A DNA stretch of 64,000 nt, taken from assembly GCA_041558415.1 (NCBI GenBank), contig JBFFEY010000013.1, positions 183-64,182 of the forward strand, read 5' to 3'. Both the position numbers and the translations under genes were made by a program. Below are positions 1-7,216 of the stretch, piece by piece. Positions within the stretch are counted from its first letter, which is position 1. Each line of letters starts with the position of its first letter. This DNA comes from Burkholderiales bacterium (lineage in GTDB: Bacteria > Pseudomonadota > Gammaproteobacteria > Burkholderiales > SG8-39). The notes beneath the pieces were generated by a model that saw only the letters and a program-made list of their open reading frames with translations, had not been told where the DNA came from and did no database searches.

Positions 1-554
1 ACGTTGACCTGGGTGTGCGCCGGGTTCGTGCCCCAGATCACCACGCAGTCGGCCTTCTCCATCTCGCGCGGATCCGCGCCCGCCAGGCGTCCGGTGCCGG
101 CGATGAAGCCGTTCCAGGCGGCGGTGACGCAGATCGTGCTGTACTGGCCGGAATACTTCTTCACGTGGCGCAGCCGGTTGATGCCGTCGCGCATCACCAG
201 GCCCATGGTGCCGGCGTAGTAGTACGGCCAGACCGCTTCCGCGCCGTGGCGCTGCTCGGCGCGCAGCAGCGCCTCGGCCGTCTCGTCGAGCGCGGCGTCC
301 CAGGAGATCGGTTCGAATTCGCCCGAGCCCTTGCCGCCTTTGCGGCGCAGCGGCTGCGTGAGGCGATCGGGGTGGTGCGCACGCTCCGCGTAGCGCGCCA
401 CCTTGGCGCAGATCACGCCGGCGGTGTAGCTGTTGTCGCGCGCGCCGTGCACGCGGCCGATGGTGTGCGCGTCGAGCCGCTCGACCTCGAGCGCGCAGGT
501 CGACGGGCAGTCGTGCGGGCAGACCGAATAGCGGGTCTCGACGGGTGCGTTCAT
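1..554 (-). CDS. Molybdopterin (bis-MGD, MopB-type) oxidoreductase, N-terminal part; the gene runs off the left edge
   Basis: Not in the ORF track because there is no stop inside the window. Hand translation of the minus strand from the ATG (cat at 552-554) gives MNAPVETRYSVCPHDCPSTCALEVERLDAHTIGRVHGARDNSYTAGVICAKVARY...ADCVVIWGTNPAHTQVNV. The N-terminal Cys cluster and the VIWGTNP segment are typical of MopB Fe-S and molybdopterin domains. Confidence 0.7.
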   Translation of the reverse strand, partial: MNAPVETRYSVCPHDCPSTCALEVERLDAHTIGRVHGARDNSYTAGVICAKVARYAERAHHPDRLTQPLRRKGGKGSGEFEPISWDAALDETAEALLRAEQRHGAEAVWPYYYAGTMGLVMRDGINRLRHVKKYSGQYSTICVTAAWNGFIAGTGRLAGADPREMEKADCVVIWGTNPAHTQVN

Positions 555-663
555 GGCGGGCGTAATCGTACTCCGTCAAAACCCCGTAGTGCGTGAGGTT
601 GACGACAACCTGCGGTACAAGCTTCTTCGCCGACGCCCGATAGCGGACAATCAATCTCCGCAT

Positions 664-697
664 GCTGCAATGCGGCCGCTGTTGGCCGCGTTGCAGC
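664..697. promoter_or_regulatory. Imperfect 14-bp inverted repeat (GCTGCAATGCGGCC-N6-GGCCGCGTTGCAGC) in a divergent intergenic region
   Basis: Base-by-base pairing of 664-677 with 684-697 gives 13 Watson-Crick pairs plus one T/G. It lies between the divergent molybdoenzyme (ATG at 554) and the FAD gene (GTG at 875). No U-run follows on either strand. Confidence 0.35.
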
Positions 698-874
698 GTG
701 CGGAGAAAAAGCCGGACTCCGATCAAGCGATTAAGCCGGAACAGAGGCACTCTTTCTCGGCCGTTTGCTCGGCTCGCCTTGCAGTACGCTAAGGCGCGGG
801 GTGGCGAGCCTTCGCAAACGACCGAGATTGATTTCCGCTCGCGAGAGGCAACGGTCATCTAAGGACCTTTTGTC

Positions 875-2272
875 GTGAACAGCACTTCTGGCCGCAAAAT
901 CGTTGTCGTCGGCCACGGCGCCGCCGGCCTGTGCGCCGCGCTGTCAGCGCTCGAAACCGCGCGCGCGCGCAGGCTCGAGGTCCACGTCACGCTCATCGAG
1001 CGCGCGCCGCAAGCGGACTGCGGCGGCGGCAGCCGCTGGAGCCCGAGCAATATCCGCATGCGCGCGCCGCAGGCGATGGAGGACGGCTTCGTCGACGCCA
1101 TCCTGGCGCAGTCCGGCGGCCGGGCCGAGCGCGCCTACTTCGAGCGCCTCGCCTTGGAGGCGCCGGCCACCGCGCGCTGGCTGCAGGACAAGGGCGTCGA
1201 GTTTCACAGCCCGCCCTATTACCTCGCCAAGGGCCCGGCGCGCATCCAGCCGGTCGGCCCGATCGGCGCGATGTTCCACGCGCTGTGGCGCGCGGCGCAA
1301 TCCGCGGGCGTCGAGTTCCGCTACGCCTGCGCGCTGCGCCGGCTGCGGCTCGAAGCCGGCCGCGTCGCCGGCGTCGAGGTCGGACCCGGCGGCGAGACGC
1401 TGCGCGCAGACGCGGTGGTGCTCGCAAGCGGCGGCTTCGAGGGCAACGCCGAGATGCTGCGCGAGCACTTCGGGCCGGGCGGGGAATCGCTGCCGCCGAT
1501 CTCGCCGGGCAGCGCGTACAACGACGGCGCCGGCATCCGCGCCGCGCTCGAAGCCGGGGCGCGGCGCGCGGGCGACTGGAACGGCATGCACATCGAGCCG
1601 GTCGACGCGCGCAGCCAGGCCTCCGCGCCGGTGGTGCTGGTGTATCCCTATGGCATCGTCATCGACCGCGACGGACGGCGCTTCTTCGACGAGGGCGCCG
1701 GCCTGGTGCACGAGACCTGGGAGACCTTCGCCCGCGCGCTGCACTTCGCGCTTCCGGGGCGCGTCGCCTACGCGATCCTCGACGCCGCGCTGCTCGAGAT
1801 TCCCGGCTACGACCGCGCCATCCGCTCCGAGCGCCCCCCGCTCAGGGCGCCCTCGATCGCCGAGCTCGCCGCGCAGCTCGGCATCCCGGGCACGGCGCTG
1901 GCCGACACGGTCGCGGCCTACAACGCCGCCTGTGTCGGGGACGCGCGCCGCTTTGACGCGACGCGCGCCGACGGCCTGGCGACCGCGCCCGGGCTCGCGC
2001 CGCCCAAGTCCAACTGGGCGCGCCCGCTCACCCGCGCGCCGTTCCTCGCCTGGCCGCTGGTCGGCGCCATCGCCTACACCTTCGGCGGCCTAGCGACCGA
2101 CCCCGAAGCGCGCGTCATAGGCAACCAGGGCCCGCTACAGGGACTCTATGCAGCCGGAGAAATCACCGGACATTTCTACGGCACCGCGCCGAACGCGGTC
2201 GCCATGCTCAGGGCCCTCGTGTTCGGGCGTATCGCCGGGCGCAATGCGGTCGTCCTCGGCCAGGGCGATTGA
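875..2272 (+). CDS. FAD-dependent oxidoreductase (TcuA / fumarate-reductase-flavoprotein-like)
   Basis: 465-aa ORF with a GTG start. N-terminal dinucleotide-binding motif KIVVVGHGAAGLCAAL. C-terminal GLYAAGEITGHFYG segment typical of this flavoprotein family. Confidence 0.75.
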   Translation: MNSTSGRKIVVVGHGAAGLCAALSALETARARRLEVHVTLIERAPQADCGGGSRWSPSNIRMRAPQAMEDGFVDAILAQSGGRAERAYFERLALEAPATARWLQDKGVEFHSPPYYLAKGPARIQPVGPIGAMFHALWRAAQSAGVEFRYACALRRLRLEAGRVAGVEVGPGGETLRADAVVLASGGFEGNAEMLREHFGPGGESLPPISPGSAYNDGAGIRAALEAGARRAGDWNGMHIEPVDARSQASAPVVLVYPYGIVIDRDGRRFFDEGAGLVHETWETFARALHFALPGRVAYAILDAALLEIPGYDRAIRSERPPLRAPSIAELAAQLGIPGTALADTVAAYNAACVGDARRFDATRADGLATAPGLAPPKSNWARPLTRAPFLAWPLVGAIAYTFGGLATDPEARVIGNQGPLQGLYAAGEITGHFYGTAPNAVAMLRALVFGRIAGRNAVVLGQGD

Positions 2273-2382
2273 AGGGCGAAGCGGTTTTCTCGGCCCGTTC
2301 GGTCGTTCAGGCCGAGCCGACTCGCAGTCTTCTCGAATACTGAACAGGCGAAGGTCGGTGAGTGCCCGGCTTTGCAGGCAGC

Positions 2383-2472
2383 CTAGGCGATGGAGATCAG
2401 CGCGGCGAGGGCAACAACCACCGTCGGTACGGCCATGATCAGCGCGGTTTGAATGTCTTGTATGGCTTCCAT
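2383..2472 (-). CDS. Candidate 29-aa hydrophobic micropeptide (MEAIQDIQTALIMAVPTVVVALAALISIA)
   Basis: Below the track cutoff, found by hand. The ATG (cat 2470-2472) is preceded by GGAGGGAGCC on the minus strand, and the stop is TAG (cta 2383-2385). The C-terminal 20 residues would form one transmembrane helix. No homology evidence is available. Confidence 0.25.
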   Translation of the reverse strand: MEAIQDIQTALIMAVPTVVVALAALISIA

Positions 2473-2772
2473 GGCTCCCTCCGGTTCGATGCGGCTATGA
2501 CTGCACGATAGCCCCCGAGGCCGCTTCGGGTCAGCGAAGCATGCCGCCTCGTCGATGTGGAATATTCACGTTCGCTGATGCGCCGCAGCAAGTTCTGCGC
2601 TGCGGCAGGTGCACGCGGCCGCGGCGCTTCGCTGCTGAGGCAATCGACCGCTGCGGATGGGCGAAACGGGGTCACGAGCGGCGGGAACCGGCCAGAAGCG
2701 GTCATAGCCCGCCGCCTGATCATGCCGGAGTAATATCCGCGAACCGCCCGGCTTGACGAGGGGTTCGCGTAG

Positions 2773-4620
2773 GTGAGCAGAACGGACCAAAGACGACGAT
2801 TAGTTGCGATTCTGGCCGCCGACGCGGCCGGCTACTCGCGTCTGATGGCGGCCGACGAGGCCGCGACCGTGGCGGCGCTCGATGTTGCCCGAGGGGTATT
2901 CGGAAATCAGATCAAAGCGAACCAGGGTCGTGTCATCGACATGGCCGGTGATTCCGTGCTTTCAGTGTTCGAACTGGCGACGGGCGCGGTGACTGCGGCG
3001 CTCGCGATTCAGCACGACCTCGCGGCGGCCACGAAGGATGTACCGGAGGACAGGCGCATGCGCTTCCGGGTTGGTGTTCACCTCGGCGAGATCATTGAGA
3101 AGGCCGACGGCACTGTGTATGGGGATGGGGTCAATATCGCCGCACGTCTCGAAAGTCTGGCGGAGCCGGGCGGAATTACAGTGTCGGATTCGGTCCGCAA
3201 CGCGGTGAAGGGCAAGGTGGGCGCAACTTTCGATGACCTTGGAGAACAGACGGTAAAGAACATCGCCGAACCGGTGCGTGCCTATCGGGTCGGCGCCGAG
3301 GAAGGTACCGTGTCCAAGTCCTCTCCCGCTGGCGCAGAGATCGACCTGTCGCTGCCCGACAAGCCCTCGATCGCCGTTCTGCCCTTCACCAACATGAGCG
3401 GCGATCCCGAGCAGGAGTATTTCACCGACGGCATCAGCGAAGACATCATCACCGAACTGTCGCGCTTCCCGTCGCTCTTCGTCATCGCGCGCAATTCGTC
3501 GTTCACCTACAAAGGCAAGGCGGTCGACATCAAGCAGGTCGGCAGGGAACTCGGCGTGCGCTACGTCCTGGAGGGCAGCATTCGCAAGGCCGCGAACCGC
3601 ATTCGGGTGACGGCGCAGCTGATCGACACGCTGACCGGCAGCCACATTTGGGCCGAGAAGTACGACCGCGTGCTCGAGGATATTTTCGCGGTGCAGGAAG
3701 AAGTCACCGAATGCATCGTTGGAGCGATTGCGCCGCAGGTGAATGCCGCTGAGGCGCTGCGCGCACGGCGCCGGCCGGGTAGCTTGACGGGCTATGAACT
3801 TGGGGTACGCGCTCTTGCGCTCGCCAAAGAAAGCCAACAAAAGTCGGACGTGGCCGCGCGCAACGAGGCCCTGCGGCTGGGGCGCGAAGCGCTGACCCTC
3901 GACCCGGAGTCGGTGCAGGCTCTGGCGGCCATCGCGTGGGCGCAATGGCTGCACGTTGCCTGGCGCACCGCCGCGGATAGACATGCCGCTTGGCGCGAGA
4001 GCATGGACGCATTGATGAGGGGAATCGCCATCGAGCCGTCCAGTACCTTGCACGGCCAGAAAGCGTTGCTACTGGCGTTTGCTCCCAATGGCGGCGGATG
4101 GGACGAAGCGCGTGCCGAGGCGCGGTTGGCTTGGCAGATCAATCCGCAGGATTCGCTAGCCTTGAGTGCATGCGGTTGGGTCTTGGCTAATTCGGGAGAT
4201 CCGATCGAAGGCATCCGTTTGCTGGAGCGCGCGCTACGCATCAACCCGCGCGATCCATACGCGTTCATCACGTACAGCAACCTCGCGAGCGCGCACCTGG
4301 CGGCCCGCGACTACGCCAAGGGGCTTGAATGGGCACGGCGAGCCATCGGCACGGCTCCGGATAACGTCGACGCGTTCGTGCATTCGGCGGCGCTGTATGT
4401 TGGCCTTGGCGACATCGAAAAAGCCAAGTCCGCACTGGAGCGGGCACGCTCGCTCGCTCCCGAGTCCGTCCAGCACATGGTAGAAACCCGTACCAGGACG
4501 GAGCCGCACGACCCACGCAAGCTCCTTGACGGGGGAACGGAATTTCGCCGACGCAACAAGATGTTCCTTCGTATCGCTGCCGGTCTCGAGGACCCCAGCA
4601 AAGCGGACGCGCTTCGGTAG
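2773..4620 (+). CDS. Class III adenylate/guanylate cyclase domain protein with a TolB-N-like module and C-terminal TPR repeats (paralog 1)
   Basis: 615 aa. The cyclase core is LVAILAADAAGYSRLM ... RVIDMAGDSVLSVF ... GTVYGDGVNIAARLES. It is followed by IAVLPFTNMSGDPEQEYFTDGISEDIITELSRF and a TPR-like helical C-terminus. Confidence 0.85.
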   Translation: MSRTDQRRRLVAILAADAAGYSRLMAADEAATVAALDVARGVFGNQIKANQGRVIDMAGDSVLSVFELATGAVTAALAIQHDLAAATKDVPEDRRMRFRVGVHLGEIIEKADGTVYGDGVNIAARLESLAEPGGITVSDSVRNAVKGKVGATFDDLGEQTVKNIAEPVRAYRVGAEEGTVSKSSPAGAEIDLSLPDKPSIAVLPFTNMSGDPEQEYFTDGISEDIITELSRFPSLFVIARNSSFTYKGKAVDIKQVGRELGVRYVLEGSIRKAANRIRVTAQLIDTLTGSHIWAEKYDRVLEDIFAVQEEVTECIVGAIAPQVNAAEALRARRRPGSLTGYELGVRALALAKESQQKSDVAARNEALRLGREALTLDPESVQALAAIAWAQWLHVAWRTAADRHAAWRESMDALMRGIAIEPSSTLHGQKALLLAFAPNGGGWDEARAEARLAWQINPQDSLALSACGWVLANSGDPIEGIRLLERALRINPRDPYAFITYSNLASAHLAARDYAKGLEWARRAIGTAPDNVDAFVHSAALYVGLGDIEKAKSALERARSLAPESVQHMVETRTRTEPHDPRKLLDGGTEFRRRNKMFLRIAAGLEDPSKADALR

Positions 4621-5231
4621 CTTCGACAGTAGCTTTAGCTTCCGAATTTAGCGTTTTTTCGCCAACTCCTGGACGACCGCTTTGGGTCGGTTCGGGCCGG
4701 TTGGCGCAGGCTTCTAACGGCCAGGCGCCATCGTTGTCAGGCCTCGCCTGAGCGCACCCCGGGCGGCGCTTGTCGTTCTCGGTGTACGCAACGTGCGCGT
4801 CGCTCGGCGCGATACTTGCCGTAAAGCCACTTTTGTCCGGCGTGCCTGAAGGCATGCGCGTGACCCATCGTGGCAGAAACCATTGCCTAGCCATCCGCAA
4901 AAGCAGACGAACAGCGTCGGACTCGCCAAATCCAAGCGAGACGATAAAAGGCCCCCTAAACGCGTTCACAATCCGGTGCCCTTGTTCAGCTAGGTGAGGG
5001 TCGTCGGGGTCTCGTGCTCGAGACCCTGTTGCGATCTGGTGCAATTCGGCTGCTCTCTTGTGCTTCGGCCTATCGTAGTTATGCACCTCGCGGCACCCCA
5101 TCTGGACGGGATCCGCGAATCCCCAGTTGGCGTCCCAAATGTTATGGGCGCCCAATCTCGGCGCGGCAACGCACAGCGCGGCACGTCATCCGCGACTTGC
5201 ACGCCAAGACGCGCGCAACCGATCGCCTGAT

Positions 5232-5825
5232 TTATTCTTTCAGCTCGTTTGGAGCCCGAAATACCAGATTCACGAGGCCGAAGCGCACGGACAGCGCCAG
5301 TCCCGCGAGGATGAGGACGGCGAGAAGCGTCGCGCCGATTAGCGCAACACCGCTCCAGAACGCTACGCCCAGCCACAGCAGCGCCGGCACGAGCCCAGCA
5401 ATGACCGGTATGAGTGCGGCGAGCGCAACCGCTTGCAGCTTCTCCGAGCTGCGCCACGATTCCGCGACCGGTCGGCTCAGCCACGACGCGGGCGCAAGAT
5501 AGACGATCGCGCCGGCAAGCCAGAGCGTGAGCACGTAGCCGGTCCACAGACCGGCGGTCACGCGCCACGTCGACCCCCCATCGACGATATGCAGCCCGCC
5601 GATTCCCGCGGCCAACAGGACGACCGTGTTGACGATAAAAACGCTCCAATCGGGCAGGCCGCGGCGCCAGATTCCGCTTGCGGCGAGCCACAGTCCCGTC
5701 AACAACGACCCGAGATAGAGCCCCAGGCAGCGCTGACAGAGGGGCAGCGGCGTGCCGTCCACCACGAACACATGCTCGCGGCCGCAGATGAGCGAAAACA
5801 GGTAGTCGATGGATTCCATGATCAC
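5232..5825 (-). CDS. DUF2085-family polytopic membrane protein
   Basis: 197 aa with a CGREH...PLCQRCLGLY N-terminal Cys motif followed by several hydrophobic helices. Its ATG overlaps the upstream stop in ATGA at 5822-5825. Confidence 0.7.
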   Translation of the reverse strand: MIMESIDYLFSLICGREHVFVVDGTPLPLCQRCLGLYLGSLLTGLWLAASGIWRRGLPDWSVFIVNTVVLLAAGIGGLHIVDGGSTWRVTAGLWTGYVLTLWLAGAIVYLAPASWLSRPVAESWRSSEKLQAVALAALIPVIAGLVPALLWLGVAFWSGVALIGATLLAVLILAGLALSVRFGLVNLVFRAPNELKE

Positions 5826-7216
5826 TTGCGTGGCGACGCCGTCTTCGTCTCACCCACAGGGCTCGCCTCGATCAGGGGGATGGGCACGCGGGACAGCTGC
5901 CGGCCGTCCATCGAGAAAAAGACGATCGCGACGGCTCGTTTCGCTTTACTTGACACGAGCTTGAATGCAACCCGTTTCGAGTCAGGCGTGAACGTCGGCT
6001 GCACGAGAAAGTTTTGATCGCTCTGCCAGGTCGCGAGCAGTCGCCCCGACCTGTCCGTGAATTGCACGATATTGCCTGCCGAGACCACCAGGTAACGTCC
6101 GTCGGGCGATGCGGCCAGCTCACCCAAATTGTCTCCGTGATGCTTGCCGACGGGTGCGAGCGTGCGACTCTCGAGCAGCGCATCGTCGGCAGAATAAGTC
6201 CACAGGCGTGGTCCTTTGTCCCCGGACTCGATCTTCTCGAGCACGGCGAGCGTCTGGTTGTCGATCCATGCGAGCCCGCTCGGGGAAGCCTTCCCCGGCA
6301 ATGGCACTTGGATTGCCTGGCTGCCGTCCGTTGCCGAGAGCTTTACCGATTGCGGGTCATCTACCGAGAGCGATGCAAGCTGGCGGCCGTCAGGCGACAG
6401 AGGGCCAGGCCATCCGTACGAGAACAGTTGCAGCTTGTCTTCGGGGACGCTCGCGACGATCCCAAACGGGAACACGTAGGCAAAGATCTGCCTGCCATCC
6501 GGCAAAAACTCCGGTCGGGAAAGCAAATACGTATAGACGTAGCTTACATCGGCATCCTTTTCGACAGCCGAATCGACGGTCACCTTCGTCATGACAGCTC
6601 CGCTCGCCGCGTCGCGCACGATGACTTCCGCCGGAATGACGACGCCGCGCCGCCCGAGTTTTTCGATCGCCTTCTTTCCTTCGGGCGACAGGTCCACAGC
6701 GATCGCGCTTTCATGCACCGGGCGTGGCGCGCGGTCGATTGTGTCGTGCGGTGCAAGGAACATCCACTGCGTGTCGATTTTCAGCTGGTCCTTGTCTGCG
6801 GGCATGCCCTGTCCGCCGGGCTCGCGTTTCCGCTCTCGCTCCAAGGCGACGAGACGCATGAACGCCGCGGCGCGGTCCAGATCCGCCTTGGTCGGCAATG
6901 CGATTCGCAGATAGGCGAGCCGCGCACCATCGCGGCTGTAACCAGGGCCGGTCAGCATGTGCGTCGAAGTGCGCTCGAGCTCGCGCAGCTCGCCGTCCTT
7001 GCCCAGCACCAGCAGTCGATAAGTCTTTTCTCCCCTTGAGAGATTTTTTAGGTCATATGGATCCATGACCGTGAAGGCGAGGTCTCCGGTCGGTGAAAAG
7101 CTCATCGGGCTCTCCACGCAGGCGAGGATGTGCCACAGCACCACGGCGCTGGCCAAGACCACGGCGCCGACCGCCTTCCATCCAAGCTTCGATCTTTGGG
7201 TCACTGTTCGTACCAT
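5822..7216 (-). CDS. Membrane-anchored PD40/TolB-like beta-propeller protein
   Basis: Track ORF 5822..8110 trimmed to the in-frame ATG at 7214-7216 (MVRTVTQRSKLGWKAVGAVVLASAVVLW, one transmembrane helix), which sits behind GAGGAGG. Repeated PD40-type motifs are present: SRDGARLAY, LPDGRQIFA, SPDGRQLA, SPDGRYLV, TPDSKRVAF. The discarded upstream part is Arg/Ala/Pro-rich and overlaps the radical SAM gene. Confidence 0.75.
   Translation of the reverse strand: MVRTVTQRSKLGWKAVGAVVLASAVVLWHILACVESPMSFSPTGDLAFTVMDPYDLKNLSRGEKTYRLLVLGKDGELRELERTSTHMLTGPGYSRDGARLAYLRIALPTKADLDRAAAFMRLVALERERKREPGGQGMPADKDQLKIDTQWMFLAPHDTIDRAPRPVHESAIAVDLSPEGKKAIEKLGRRGVVIPAEVIVRDAASGAVMTKVTVDSAVEKDADVSYVYTYLLSRPEFLPDGRQIFAYVFPFGIVASVPEDKLQLFSYGWPGPLSPDGRQLASLSVDDPQSVKLSATDGSQAIQVPLPGKASPSGLAWIDNQTLAVLEKIESGDKGPRLWTYSADDALLESRTLAPVGKHHGDNLGELAASPDGRYLVVSAGNIVQFTDRSGRLLATWQSDQNFLVQPTFTPDSKRVAFKLVSSKAKRAVAIVFFSMDGRQLSRVPIPLIEASPVGETKTASPRK

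Noticed and set aside
305-320. A GGTTCGAATTC string resembling a tRNA T-loop, plus a general scan of intergenic regions for tRNA-like arms.
   Set aside because: It lies inside the molybdoenzyme coding frame and no acceptor or anticodon arms can be built around it. No intergenic region gave a cloverleaf by eye.
555-700. Looked for a molybdenum-cofactor riboswitch or another leader structure upstream of the molybdoenzyme gene (minus strand).
   Set aside because: I saw only a short hairpin (AGGTTG-TCGT-CAACCT) and the palindrome reported above. I could not recognise the conserved Moco-motif core by eye, and a covariance-model scan would be needed to be sure.
4268-5155. Track ORF of 295 aa on the minus strand, partly in the 4621-5231 spacer.
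   Set aside because: Its C-terminal half is antisense to the well-supported cyclase gene. It has no recognisable domain and no RBS at the ATG. It is treated as non-coding, though a decayed remnant cannot be excluded.
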